64,000 bases of DNA from Saccharospirillum sp. (GCA_035704555.1 DASSWT010000226.1:1414-65413); one strand, 5' to 3'. Positions 32,227-43,565 are shown, counted from the stretch's first letter. The notes: a model not told the origin generated them from the letters alone. Program-made: numbers and translations.

Positions 32227-32352
32227 GCGCCAGGAGCCCGTATCGGGCACCGGGTATACCTATCCGGGGTCGGCGTGAACCCTTCCATGGGGCCTAGACC
32301 GCAGCATCCATGCTGCGGACTTCCCCGGATAGGTATACCCGGCACCCGATAC
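32227..32352 (+). repeat. Nested hairpin element copy R1
   Basis: Perfect 20-bp stem 32250-32269/32323-32342 around the 53-nt core TCGGCGTGAACCCTTCCATGGGGCCTAGACCGCAGCATCCATGCTGCGGACTT. Confidence 0.92.
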
Positions 32353-32361
32353 TCGTTCTGT

Positions 32362-32380
32362 GGTGGCAGATTTAATCTGC
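32362..32380 (+). repeat. Possible single REP-like unit (GTGG + 2 nt + GCAGATT-T-AATCTGC palindrome)
   Basis: The palindrome at 32366-32380 has GTGG shortly upstream and lies between R1 and R2. Confidence 0.35.
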
Positions 32381-32389
32381 AAATAGTAA

Positions 32390-32545
32390 TTCAAGTTATG
32401 GAGTTCGCGGAAGTGACAAGCGGCGGCTGCCGGGGGTACTCCTGTGGGGAAGTCCGCAGCATGGATGCTGCGGCCTAGGCTCAATGGACGGATCTACGCC
32501 GACCCCACAGGAGTACCCCCGGTAGCCGACGCGGATTCCTGGCAC
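32390..32545 (-). repeat. Nested hairpin element copy R2, with one degenerate terminal repeat
   Basis: Perfect 20-bp stem 32430-32449/32503-32522 around an inverted 53-nt core. TTCAAGTTATGGAGTTCG at 32390-32407. Confidence 0.9.
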
Positions 32546-32609
32546 AAAGGTAATAGCAACCGGCATAACGATGGCTGAGTAACAATTCGTTACCGCCGTC
32601 ATCGACTTT

Positions 32610-32637
32610 TTGACATGGCAGGGATGCGGCGTATTCT
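32610..32637 (+). promoter_or_regulatory. sigma70 promoter for phoH-ybeY-corC
   Basis: TTGACA (32610-32615), 16 nt, TATTCT (32632-32637). Confidence 0.6.
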
Positions 32638-32658
32638 TAGCTTATTCCGCTGTTTACA

Positions 32659-33693
32659 GTGCAACGTGAGAGGAACCAGAACACTTTGACTACCCCGTCC
32701 AATCTTGAGGCTGCGACAACAGCTTCCGATCTGCGGCACTTTGAGCTGCAACCTGATAATCCCCAGCGACTGGCCAGCCTGTGCGGCCTGGCTAACGACA
32801 ACCTCCGGCAGATTGAAGATCGCCTCGACATACGGGTCAATAACCGTGGCAATCGCTTTGAACTGGCCGGTGATGGCGGCAGCGTCGCGGCGGCCGAAGA
32901 CATTATCAAGCGGTTGTATCGGGAAACCAAAGGTGGCAAGGACTTATTGCCCGACACGGTTAACCTCTACTTGCAGCAATCTGAAGTCGATTCACTGACC
33001 GAGACCGACGGTTCCCAGCTGCATGAGCACAAACTCTATGTGCTGCATACGCCCAAGTCGGTGGTTAAGCCGCGCGGTCCCAACCAGCGTGCCTATGTGC
33101 ACAGCGTACTGACTCACGATATTAACTTTGGTGTGGGCCCGGCCGGTACCGGCAAGACCTTTCTGGCTGTCGCCTGTGCGGTGCATGCGCTGCAGAAAGA
33201 TCAGGTCAAACGTATTATTCTGGTTCGGCCTGCGGTGGAAGCCGGTGAAAAACTGGGTTTCCTGCCCGGCGACCTGAGCCAGAAAGTCGACCCCTATTTG
33301 CGCCCGCTGTACGACGCACTTTATGAAATGCTGGGCCTGGAGAAAGTCGACCGGCTGATCGAGCGCAACGTCATTGAAGTGGCGCCCCTGGCTTATATGC
33401 GCGGCCGTACGCTGAGCAACGCCTTTATCATTCTCGATGAGAGCCAGAACACCACCAAAGAACAGATGAAAATGTTTCTGACCCGTATTGGCTTTGGCTC
33501 TACTGCCGTGATCAACGGCGACCCGACTCAGGTCGATCTGCCGCGTGGTCAGCAATCGGGGCTGGCGCATGCACTGATGGTGCTCAAGGGTGTCAACGAC
33601 ATCAGCGTGACCCAGTTTGGCTCCAAAGACATTGTGCGTCACCCTCTGGTGCAACGCATCGTCGATGCGTACGACGCCCACGGAGACAACTGA
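32659..33693 (+). CDS. ybeZ: PhoH-like ATPase (YbeZ)
   Basis: Motifs [28 protein letters not shown] and [11 protein letters not shown]. Confidence 0.95.
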   Translation: MQRERNQNTLTTPSNLEAATTASDLRHFELQPDNPQRLASLCGLANDNLRQIEDRLDIRVNNRGNRFELAGDGGSVAAAEDIIKRLYRETKGGKDLLPDTVNLYLQQSEVDSLTETDGSQLHEHKLYVLHTPKSVVKPRGPNQRAYVHSVLTHDINFGVGPAGTGKTFLAVACAVHALQKDQVKRIILVRPAVEAGEKLGFLPGDLSQKVDPYLRPLYDALYEMLGLEKVDRLIERNVIEVAPLAYMRGRTLSNAFIILDESQNTTKEQMKMFLTRIGFGSTAVINGDPTQVDLPRGQQSGLAHALMVLKGVNDISVTQFGSKDIVRHPLVQRIVDAYDAHGDN

Positions 33694-33701
33694 CCGCCGC
33701 C

Positions 33702-34223
33702 ATGAATGCCAGCACAGACCCCCTTCCTGCCGTCGACCTGGATGTGCAAATTGCATCCGGGGCTGCGAACCTGCCCGATGCCGATGATCTGTTGCTTTGG
33801 GTCGCCACTGCCTTGCAGGGGCAGAAAGACACGGCCAGCCTGACCATCCGGCTGGTCGATGATCCGGAAAGCCAGCAACTCAACAGCGACTACCGCGGTA
33901 AAGACTCGCCTACCAATGTATTGTCCTTCCCCTTTGAGGCACCGCCCGGTATTGACGACCCGGAGATCCAGGCGTTGCTGGGTGATCTGATCATCTGTGC
34001 TCCGGTGGTGGCCCGCGAAGCGGCCGACCAGGGCAAGCCGGTCCGGCATCACTGGGCGCACATGGTGGTCCATGGTACCTTGCATTTGCTGGGGCACGAC
34101 CATATTGAGCCAGCCGACGCCGAGATTATGGAGTCGCTGGAGCGCAGTATATTGGCCAAGCTCGGCATCGCCGACCCGTACTGGCTCGACAACCACTTGC
34201 CGACCGGTACACCCTCCCTATAA
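33702..34223 (+). CDS. ybeY: rRNA maturation endoribonuclease YbeY
   Basis: [13 protein letters not shown] and [11 protein letters not shown] metal motif. Confidence 0.96.
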   Translation: MNASTDPLPAVDLDVQIASGAANLPDADDLLLWVATALQGQKDTASLTIRLVDDPESQQLNSDYRGKDSPTNVLSFPFEAPPGIDDPEIQALLGDLIICAPVVAREAADQGKPVRHHWAHMVVHGTLHLLGHDHIEPADAEIMESLERSILAKLGIADPYWLDNHLPTGTPSL

Positions 34224-34270
34224 TGGGTGGGCCCGACCGCAGGACTTTTTAGCAGAGGACACGCACTAGC

Positions 34271-35140
34271 ATGAGCGACGAACGACCCACGAGTAGCAGC
34301 CCCGGTAGGAAATCCTGGCTGGAACGCCTGTCGGATGCCTTTACCGGGGAGCCCAAAGATCGCGACGATTTGCTCAGTATCCTGAACAGCGCCCAGGAAA
34401 ACGACATTCTGGACGGTGAGGCCTTCAAAATCATTGAAGGCGCCATGAATGTGTCGGACATGCACGTCCGGGACATCATGATCCCCCGCTCCCAGGTGGT
34501 CAGCCTGGAAACCAACGACAGCATTCAGCACTGGCTGTCACTGATCGTGGAATCCGGTCACTCGCGCTTTCCGGTTCTGGGTGAAAACTCCGATGAAGTC
34601 GTCGGCGTGTTGCTCGCCAAAGACCTGCTGGGTCTCGGCCTGCAAACCCAGTTTGATCTGGACGAAATGAAAAAACGGTTGAACACCATCATTCGCAACG
34701 TCAACTTCGTGCCGGAAAGCAAGCGGCTGAATGTGTTGCTCAAAGACTTCCGCAGCAATCGCAATCACATGGCGGTCGTCGTTGACGAATACGGTCAGAC
34801 CGCCGGCCTGGTCACCATTGAAGACGTGCTGGAAGAGATCGTCGGTGAGATTGAAGACGAACACGACGACACCGTCGACGCCAACATCCGCCCCAACGGC
34901 AATGGCGGCTTTCTGGTGCAGGCACTGACCCCGATCGAAGATTTCAACGAGCATTTCTCGACCGAGCTGAGTGACGAGGAATTCGACACCATCGGTGGCA
35001 TTGTCATGCACCAGTTTGGCAAGGTGCCGCAGCGGGATGAATCCATCACCATGGGCAAGTTGCTGATCCGGGTCGTCAATGCCGATAACCGCCGGGTTCG
35101 CGCTTTTGAAGTGAATCACCTCGAACCCCAGGCCGACTGA
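34271..35140 (+). CDS. corC: HlyC/CorC family CBS-domain protein
   Basis: MIPRSQVV, SGHSRFPV, VVDEYG..AGLVTIEDVLEEIVGEIEDEHD and CorC_HlyC domain. Confidence 0.93.
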   Translation: MSDERPTSSSPGRKSWLERLSDAFTGEPKDRDDLLSILNSAQENDILDGEAFKIIEGAMNVSDMHVRDIMIPRSQVVSLETNDSIQHWLSLIVESGHSRFPVLGENSDEVVGVLLAKDLLGLGLQTQFDLDEMKKRLNTIIRNVNFVPESKRLNVLLKDFRSNRNHMAVVVDEYGQTAGLVTIEDVLEEIVGEIEDEHDDTVDANIRPNGNGGFLVQALTPIEDFNEHFSTELSDEEFDTIGGIVMHQFGKVPQRDESITMGKLLIRVVNADNRRVRAFEVNHLEPQAD

Positions 35141-35215
35141 TCCGCGCGGGTCCGGGGTCCGGATCCGCCACCCTCCCCCTTTTCCCGACCTGCCTGATTG
35201 GACATCCATGTTCCG

Positions 35216-35258
35216 GTAGCAGTCCAATGAAATTCGATGAATTTCATTGGACTGCTAC
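35216..35258. repeat. Perfect 20-bp inverted repeat with 3-nt loop and GTAG ends (REP-doublet-like)
   Basis: GTAGCAGTCCAATGAAATTC-GAT-GAATTTCATTGGACTGCTAC. Confidence 0.8.
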
Positions 35259-35290
35259 AGTGTGTGCAAAACTGAACGAAGGAGGCTTCC

Positions 35291-36667
35291 ATGCGTACTG
35301 AAAAAGACAGCTTTGGCGAACTATCGGTTCCGGACGATGTGCTTTACGGCGCGCAGACCGCGCGTGCCCTGTCCAATTTTGGCTTGTCTGGCGAGGTCAT
35401 GCCGTCCCGGTTCATTGAAGCCTGCCTTGCTATCAAGGCCGCCGCTGCTGCGGCCAATGCTGAACTGGATGTGGTCGCCGAAGATAAGGCCGAGGCTATT
35501 CAGAACGCCTGCCAGGCCGCTCGCGAGCACATCGATGAGCGCCAGTTCCCGGTCGACGTTTACCAGACCGGCTCCGGCACCAGCACCAACATGAACGTCA
35601 ACGAAGTCGTCGCCCATCTGGCCAGCATGGCCAGCGGGCTCGACATCAGCCCGAACGACGACGTCAACGCCAGCCAGAGCAGCAACGATACCATTCCCGC
35701 CGCCATTCAGATCAGCACCGCCCTGGCTCTGGAAGAGGAATTGTTGCCAGCCATTACGGCCCTGAAGAACAGCCTGAGCCAACAGGGTGACACCCATAAG
35801 AAGGTGGTTAAAACCGGTCGAACTCACCTGATGGATGCCATGCCGCTGACGGTGCAGCAGGAGTTTTCAGCCTGGATCGAAGCGCTGGACAGCTGCCAGC
35901 GACGCATCAACCAGTGCCTGCCCCGGCTCAAGGCACTGCCGCTGGGCGGAACCGCCATTGGCACCGGTATCAACGCTCCCAAAGGCTTTGCCGAGTCGGC
36001 TTGCCGGCATCTGAATCAGCGAATCGGTAACGACTTTTGCCCGCACAACAATGCCTTCTACGGCATCAGCACTCAGGATGTGTCAGTCGAGGTCTCGGGC
36101 TTGCTCAAGGGCCTGGCCACCAGCCTGATAAAAATCAGCAACGATCTGCGCTGGATGAACAGTGGCCCGCTGGCAGGTCTGGGCGAAGTGGTATTGCCCG
36201 CGCTGCAACCGGGCAGCAGCATCATGCCGGGCAAGGTTAACCCGGTGATTCCGGAAGCGGTGCTGATGGCGAGTTATCAGGTGATCGGTCACGACACGGC
36301 CATTACGCTGGGGGCGCAATCGGGGAATTTTCAGCTGAATGTCAGCCTGCCACTGATCGCCCGCAACTTGCTAGACAGCATCGCCCTGATGAGCCGCAGC
36401 TGCGAACACCTGGCACACAAGGTGATCGACGATCTGACAGTGAATCATGAAGCGCTGGCCGAACCTTTGCACCGCAATCCGATACTGGTGACAGCACTGA
36501 ACCCGGTACTGGGGTATCTGAAAGCGGCCGAGATCGCAAAAACTGCCTACGCCGACAACCGGCCGATCATCGACGTCGCTCTGGAAAAAACCGACCTGAG
36601 CCGGGAAGAGCTGGAAAACCTGCTCGACCCGGCCCGGCTGGCCCATCCTCACGATCAACACGACTGA
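35291..36667 (+). CDS. fumC: Fumarate hydratase class II
   Basis: QTGSGTSTNMN, KTGRTHLMDA and GSSIMPGKVNP motifs. AAGGAGG RBS. Confidence 0.95.
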   Translation: MRTEKDSFGELSVPDDVLYGAQTARALSNFGLSGEVMPSRFIEACLAIKAAAAAANAELDVVAEDKAEAIQNACQAAREHIDERQFPVDVYQTGSGTSTNMNVNEVVAHLASMASGLDISPNDDVNASQSSNDTIPAAIQISTALALEEELLPAITALKNSLSQQGDTHKKVVKTGRTHLMDAMPLTVQQEFSAWIEALDSCQRRINQCLPRLKALPLGGTAIGTGINAPKGFAESACRHLNQRIGNDFCPHNNAFYGISTQDVSVEVSGLLKGLATSLIKISNDLRWMNSGPLAGLGEVVLPALQPGSSIMPGKVNPVIPEAVLMASYQVIGHDTAITLGAQSGNFQLNVSLPLIARNLLDSIALMSRSCEHLAHKVIDDLTVNHEALAEPLHRNPILVTALNPVLGYLKAAEIAKTAYADNRPIIDVALEKTDLSREELENLLDPARLAHPHDQHD

Positions 36668-36671
36668 CCCG

Positions 36672-39269
36672 TCAGTCGTCGCTGCGATGGTGTCCTTCGA
36701 TGGTTCCAAATGGCCGCGTGAGAACGATCAGGCGCGGCAGCAGGGTCAGTGAGCCGAGCAAGGCCACCGCCATCGCCAGTGCCGTTAACAGACCAAAATA
36801 CAAGGTGGGCCGGAAGTTCGACATCATCAGAATGGAGAAGCCCAGAATGATGGTCAGGGAGGTGTAGAACATCGCCTTGCCAATGGTATTGTGGCTGCGC
36901 GCCAGCGCCCGGACATAGTCGCCATCTTTGGCAAATTCCCGCTGATAACGCACCAGGTAGTGAATGGTGTTGTCGACCGCCATGCCGATGGTAATGCTGG
37001 CAATGGTAATGGTCATCATATCGAGCGGAATACCAAACCAGCCCATTATGCCGAGCACAAAGGTGGCCGCCAACAGGTTGGGCGCCATCGCCAGCAAGCT
37101 GAGTTTAAGACTGCGGAACAGAATCAGGAACATCAGCAGGATACCCATGAATACCACGCCCAGGGTCAGAATCTGTGAGCCGAACAAACTTTGCAGCATG
37201 TTGTTGTACAGCACCATCATCCCGGTCAGTTGTACCTGGCCAGGCTCAAAGCCCAGTTTCTCGACCGCATCCCGTTCAATGCGTTGCAGCAAGGCATTGC
37301 GCTTGAGGCCGTCCATCGAATCCAGAATGCGCACGTTCAGTCGTGCCTGGTTGTGCTCAACCGAGACGTAGGGGTCGATAACCAGGTCGCGAAACTCACT
37401 GGGGATAACGGTATACAGCAGCGCCAACTGGACATTGGTTAGCGACTCGCCGCCATTGAACCCTTCTGCGATCTCGATCATCGTCGCCAGTGACAGGACC
37501 TTGCCGATTTCCGGTTGTTCATCCAGATAGCGATGCATCGCCTTGATGCGCGCAACTTTGGACTGGGTATACCAGTATTTTTCGGGGTCATCCACTCCCC
37601 CGAAATCGTCTCTGAAACTGCCTACCGAGGCACCACCACCGAAGCCTTCGTCAACAAACCCATCGTCTTCGGCAGAGCCTTCATCCGCAAACCCCTCGTC
37701 GACGAACCCCTCTGATTCAGGCTCCGCTGGCGCACTGGTGCTGCGCGGCGTAGCGGTATCCTCAAAATTGATCAGAACTTCCAGCGGCGTGGTTCCACCC
37801 AGGCGTTCGTCGATGACCGTCATGCCCTGATAGATGTCCGTGCTCTGGTCGAAATAATCGATAAAGCTGTTTTCCACCACCAGCCGGGTAATACCCACAA
37901 CAGTGAACGCCGCCAGCGCCAGGCTGGTTACCAGAACCGCATTGCCGGATTTCAGGGTGATGCGCGCGAGTAATCGAGTGGTTTTTCCGCCAGAGGCTTT
38001 TTCCGCGGTACGCTGATCCTTACCGGCCAGCAGCAACAAGGCTGGAAACAGGGAAAACGTCACGATAAAGGCACAGGTAATCCCCAGCGACATCATCCAG
38101 CCGAAGTTGATGACCGGCCGGATGCCACTGAACAACAGTGACATGAACGCCACACCTGTGGTCAGTGCCATATACAAACAGGGCACCGCGATACGTTTGA
38201 CAGAGGTCATCACCAGTTGTGCCTGATCCCAGTCGTGGTGTTTGCGCAGTAGCTCGCGGTAACGCACGATCAGGTGAATCGACATCGACAGCGTTAGAAT
38301 CAGCAACAGCGAAATAAAGTTGCTGGAGATCACCGTCACCGGCCATCGCCCCAGCCCCAGAATACCAAGCATGGTGACGACCACGGCACCGCAGCACAAC
38401 AGAGGCATGATCACCCAGCGCGGTTGCCGGAAAATCACCGTCAATGTCGCTATCAATAAAAACAGTACGCCCAGCCCAAAGGTGATCAGGTCATTGCGCA
38501 CAAAGGTAATGATGTCGTCCGCGATCATGGGCACACCGCCCAGAAACAACTGGGCGTCGTCCTGGTGGTCTGCCATCACCTCACGGACAGAGGCTATTGT
38601 ATCGTGGACCATGGCCGCGCGTCGGTTGCTTTGCTCTTCCAGCATAATCCCGACGCGCTCAAGATCAGCCGCGATCGACGCTCGAACATCACCAGAACCA
38701 GCCTGTTCTGTCAGTGACTCTTGTAATGTCAGCAATTGCTCCCGAGTTGTGTCTCGTGGCAGATTAATCTGCAGCGCCGTAGTGTTTTCTTCCAGATTAA
38801 GCAGCAAGTTGACATAGAGAGGGCTGTTGGCGAGTTCGGTTCGCGCCAGGTCGACATCCGTTTCCGGATCTTCCAGCGTTTTGATATTGGAGACCAACTC
38901 TGTCATTGGAACCGGCGGATTCGACAACAGCGGTACGTCCAGAACGGTCAGGACCGAATCGACTCCCCGGATCTGACGCAGATCATTGCGCAGAGATTCG
39001 AGCCCGGCCAGTGATGTCTCGGAGAACAGAGGGGTCGGTGGTGTGTAGGTCATCACCAGAAAATCCTGAGCGCCATAACGCTCAGCGGTCTCGCGGAACA
39101 GGGCCAGGTCTTCATCGTCTTCGAGCAACAAAGCATCTGCAGAGGCATCGAGACTGAAATGCCGGGCCTGGGTAGCCAGCAGCCCAATGACCACCACCAA
39201 CCCGATCAATACCCAGAGGGTGTAACCGGTCAGGATGCGCTGGTAAAGCGTCCACATTCGCTGGCCCAT
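36672..39269 (-). CDS. MMPL/RND-family (HpnN-like) transporter
   Basis: Two TM clusters with large periplasmic loops, GGVPMI..D and GMAVDNTIH motifs. Confidence 0.85.
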   Translation of the reverse strand: MGQRMWTLYQRILTGYTLWVLIGLVVVIGLLATQARHFSLDASADALLLEDDEDLALFRETAERYGAQDFLVMTYTPPTPLFSETSLAGLESLRNDLRQIRGVDSVLTVLDVPLLSNPPVPMTELVSNIKTLEDPETDVDLARTELANSPLYVNLLLNLEENTTALQINLPRDTTREQLLTLQESLTEQAGSGDVRASIAADLERVGIMLEEQSNRRAAMVHDTIASVREVMADHQDDAQLFLGGVPMIADDIITFVRNDLITFGLGVLFLLIATLTVIFRQPRWVIMPLLCCGAVVVTMLGILGLGRWPVTVISSNFISLLLILTLSMSIHLIVRYRELLRKHHDWDQAQLVMTSVKRIAVPCLYMALTTGVAFMSLLFSGIRPVINFGWMMSLGITCAFIVTFSLFPALLLLAGKDQRTAEKASGGKTTRLLARITLKSGNAVLVTSLALAAFTVVGITRLVVENSFIDYFDQSTDIYQGMTVIDERLGGTTPLEVLINFEDTATPRSTSAPAEPESEGFVDEGFADEGSAEDDGFVDEGFGGGASVGSFRDDFGGVDDPEKYWYTQSKVARIKAMHRYLDEQPEIGKVLSLATMIEIAEGFNGGESLTNVQLALLYTVIPSEFRDLVIDPYVSVEHNQARLNVRILDSMDGLKRNALLQRIERDAVEKLGFEPGQVQLTGMMVLYNNMLQSLFGSQILTLGVVFMGILLMFLILFRSLKLSLLAMAPNLLAATFVLGIMGWFGIPLDMMTITIASITIGMAVDNTIHYLVRYQREFAKDGDYVRALARSHNTIGKAMFYTSLTIILGFSILMMSNFRPTLYFGLLTALAMAVALLGSLTLLPRLIVLTRPFGTIEGHHRSDD

Positions 39270-39322
39270 ATAGGCTCCCTGTTAATGTTTCAATAACCCG
39301 CCTGTCGTCTCGTCACGCGGTT

Positions 39323-39775
39323 TCACAGCCAGCGACGCACCCGCTGGCAATAGGCGACATAGGCCTGACCATGTTGCTTGTACAGGCGTTCTTCCTCAGG
39401 CCGGACAAAAAGCCACTGCAAGGCTACCACAAAGACCGGCAATACTACCCAGGAAGACAGTGTTCCCACCCAAATCGCCAGGCCCGCCGCAATCATCAGT
39501 TGCCCCAGATACATGGGGTTGCGGCTGATCCGGTAAACGCCACGTTCCACCAGTGGCCCCCGAACCTCGCCAAAATCCACCGAGGCCCCTGCACGTTGCA
39601 GTTCCCGGTCAGCAATCAGATTCAGAGCGGCGCCAAACACCACGGGAATCAGACCCAGAAAATTCCACGGATACGGAAACAGCAGAGCCAGAGGCTTGAT
39701 GAAATGCAGTGAAAAGATGGCCAGCATGACCAGAAGACCGAGCGCCGGGGGTAAAAAAGGCGGCTTGTGAGACAT
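39323..39775 (-). CDS. Isoprenylcysteine carboxylmethyltransferase / PEMT-family membrane protein
   Basis: LV..GVYRISRNPMYLG and EE..L...HG.AY..Y...VRRWL motifs. Confidence 0.85.
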   Translation of the reverse strand: MSHKPPFLPPALGLLVMLAIFSLHFIKPLALLFPYPWNFLGLIPVVFGAALNLIADRELQRAGASVDFGEVRGPLVERGVYRISRNPMYLGQLMIAAGLAIWVGTLSSWVVLPVFVVALQWLFVRPEEERLYKQHGQAYVAYCQRVRRWL

Positions 39776-39899
39776 GAAACACCACTTGATTACAGAGTCA
39801 AAGCCTGAAAAGGCACGGTTTGGCGTCTTGGTCACGCCTGAGCAGAACAGACCCCAGTGTAATAGGCCCGGTCTCCAGTTACAGCCGTCGAAAGTCACC

Positions 39900-40520
39900 T
39901 TATTGACCGCTTAACTGAAAGGATTCCGCTTCACGCTGGCACTCCCGATAGCTGTGACATGAGGTTAGGTGATCCATCACCAGGCCGGTTGCCTGCATAA
40001 ACGCATAGCAAATGGTTGGCCCGACAAAGTTGAACCCGCGTTGCTTCAGTGCTTTGGACATAGAGCGGCTTTCATCGGTTTCGGTGGGTATCTGCGCCAG
40101 TTCCGACCGGCTATTGATCAGTGGCTTGCCGCCGACAAAGCCCCACAGAAACCGCGAAAAATCCTCACCGGCATCACGCATGGCGACGTAGGCGCGCGCA
40201 TTACGGATCACGGATTGAATTTTCAGACGGTTGCGGACAATGCCCGGATCGCCCATCAGCCTTTCGACATCCGCCTCGGTAAAGTGAATCAGGGCGTCTG
40301 GGTCAAACCCGGCGAACGCCGCTTCGTAGCCCGACTGTTTGCGCAGTATGGTGATCCAGCTCAAACCGGCCTGTTGCCCGTCCAGACAGAGCTTGGCAAA
40401 CAATGACTGGCCATCGGCCACCGGGCGACCCCAAACCTCATCGTGATACGCCTGATAGAGCGGATCCTGACTACACCATCCACACCGGTTCAGGTCGGTA
40501 TTGCGATTATCGTCGACCAA
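39900..40520 (-). CDS. tag: DNA-3-methyladenine glycosylase I
   Basis: RCGWC...Y..YHDEVWG, QAGLSWITIL, IVRNRLKI and FVGPTICYAFMQA motifs. Confidence 0.95.
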   Translation of the reverse strand: MVDDNRNTDLNRCGWCSQDPLYQAYHDEVWGRPVADGQSLFAKLCLDGQQAGLSWITILRKQSGYEAAFAGFDPDALIHFTEADVERLMGDPGIVRNRLKIQSVIRNARAYVAMRDAGEDFSRFLWGFVGGKPLINSRSELAQIPTETDESRSMSKALKQRGFNFVGPTICYAFMQATGLVMDHLTSCHSYRECQREAESFQLSGQ

Positions 40521-40541
40521 GCATCATCTCCCTGTGTCTTT

Positions 40542-41693
40542 TCAAAGCAGAACCAGGTTGTCCCGGTGTACCAGCTCCGGCTCATCCACGAACCCCAGAA
40601 TTGTCTCAAAGCTTGCCGATGGCTGACGGCACAACCGAATGGCGTCGTCGCGGTCGTAATTCACCAGGCCGCGGCCAATGGCAACGCCCTGCTCGGTCAC
40701 CAGTGAAACACATTCACCGCGCCGGAACATCCCTTTGGCATCGGTCACGCCCACCGCCAGCAGGCTCTTGCCCTGTTCGGTCAAGGCGCGCACCGCACCG
40801 GCATCGAGCACCAGCTCGCCGCGAGTTTGCAATTGGCCTGCCAGCCACTGCTTGCGCGCCGCCAGGGGTTCCAGCTCAGGGGTCAGTTGGGTGCCGAGCA
40901 CCTCGCCCTGACGCAACCGCGTCAGCACATTGTCGTTACGCCCACCCGCAATCACCGTCACCGCGCCGCTGCGGGAGGCCAGGCTGGCCGCCCTAACCTT
41001 GGTCACCATACCGCCGCGACCCAAAGCACCACCACCCGTCGCCATCTGCCGCAAGGCGGGGTCACTGGCCGAAGCCTGGCTGATCAGACGGGCATCCGGA
41101 TTAGAGCGTGGATCCGCGCTGTAGAGACCATCCTGATCGGTCAGCAATATCAACGCATCCGCCTCAACCAGGTTGGCCACCAGGGCACCCAGGGTATCGT
41201 TATCGCCAAAGCGAATTTCGTCGGTCACTACGGTGTCGTTTTCATTGACGATGGGAATCACCGGCAACGGCAACAGCGCGCGCAGAGTACTGCGGGCATT
41301 CAGATAACGACGCCGGTCGGACAGGTCTTCATGCGTCAGCAGGATTTGGGCGGTATGTAACTGGTGGTGCTGAAACATATCTTCATAGGTTTGCACCAGC
41401 TTGGTCTGCCCGACCGCGGCCGCCGCCTGCAACAACTCCATCGACTCCGGTCGCTGGCTCCAGCCAAGGCGGTGCATCCCAGCCGCCACCGCGCCTGAAG
41501 ACACCAGAATCAACTCAACGCCACTGGCCCGCAGCGCCGCCATCTGGTCGACCCACTGGCGAATGCGAACCACATCGAGGCCACGACCGTCATCGGTCAG
41601 CAATGCCGACCCGATCTTAACCACCCAACGCTGCCCTGCCGTAATGGCCGGATGCCTAACCACGCCTTCAGACACACCTGTATCCTTCTTCAA
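40542..41693 (-). CDS. proB: Glutamate 5-kinase
   Basis: [25 protein letters not shown]...FGDND and PUA domain. Confidence 0.97.
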   Translation of the reverse strand: MKKDTGVSEGVVRHPAITAGQRWVVKIGSALLTDDGRGLDVVRIRQWVDQMAALRASGVELILVSSGAVAAGMHRLGWSQRPESMELLQAAAAVGQTKLVQTYEDMFQHHQLHTAQILLTHEDLSDRRRYLNARSTLRALLPLPVIPIVNENDTVVTDEIRFGDNDTLGALVANLVEADALILLTDQDGLYSADPRSNPDARLISQASASDPALRQMATGGGALGRGGMVTKVRAASLASRSGAVTVIAGGRNDNVLTRLRQGEVLGTQLTPELEPLAARKQWLAGQLQTRGELVLDAGAVRALTEQGKSLLAVGVTDAKGMFRRGECVSLVTEQGVAIGRGLVNYDRDDAIRLCRQPSASFETILGFVDEPELVHRDNLVLL

Positions 41694-41723
41694 TGTTGCG
41701 ACCTACCAAGCTGACCAAATGGA

Positions 41724-42956
<1,233 letters not shown>

Positions 42957-43068
42957 TCACCTGAACCGGCCCCAAAAATTGGGTTGTTTGCTCGGCGGCT
43001 TTTGCCACGAAGCGTCAATATAGCATTTGTACTAACCACGATGGCGCTTGATACCCAAGCCTGGAGTC

Positions 43069-43260
43069 AGAACTCAAGTTTCGGAGTTCGGGTTGCCTTT
43101 GAGGCATTGGCCCGCGCCGGATACCGGGTGTACCCCTGTGGGGTCGGCGTAAATCCATCCATGGAGCCTAGACCGCAGCATCCATGCTGCGGACTCCCCC
43201 ACAGAGGCACACCCGGCACCCGCCGCTCGTCACCTCAGCGAACTCCGAAACTTGAGTTCT
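43069..43260 (+). mobile_element. MITE-like element: 22-bp perfect terminal inverted repeats enclosing hairpin copy R3
   Basis: AGAACTCAAGTTTCGGAGTTCG at 43069-43090 and its reverse complement at 43239-43260. Stem 43124-43143/43197-43216, core 43144-43196. Confidence 0.8.
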
Positions 43261-43307
43261 AAATTTGCACCTGTGGCCGAAGCAACAACGACAACAAGTA
43301 CCGGTGG

Positions 43308-43472
43308 CTGGGTAGGCCTGTCCGGGGTAGTCTGAGGCATGGACTAAAACGCCAGGAGCGTTTTAGCACGAGCAACAGCGAGCCCGAAGGGTGAATCCCA
43401 TGGACGGGATTCATATCCCGAAGCCTAGGCCCCATGGACGGGTTAACGCCGGCCCCGGATAGGCCTACCCGA
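43308..43472 (-). repeat. Hairpin element copy R4 carrying a ~72-nt nested insert
   Basis: Stem 43308-43327/43453-43472. The core spans 125 nt instead of 53. Confidence 0.85.
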
Positions 43473-43516
43473 CCGCCTGCACGCTTTCTGCCACTGAACA
43501 CCATAAAGCCACCCAT

Positions 43517-43544
43517 AAAAAAAGCCCTGCAAGGCAGGGCTTTT
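43517..43544 (-). terminator. Intrinsic terminator of rplU-rpmA
   Basis: AAAAGCCCTGC-AAG-GCAGGGCTTTT hairpin with a minus-strand T-run. Confidence 0.85.
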
Positions 43545-43565
43545 CAGAGTGTGTCAAAGTGCCAA

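Noticed and set aside
32260-32602. Small ORFs sharing the peptide GVNPSMxPRPQHPCCGLP (also in 42561-43262 and 43259-43516)
   Set aside because: These are translations of the repeat core. Starts and stops are inconsistent, there is no RBS, and none is fused in frame to a real gene.
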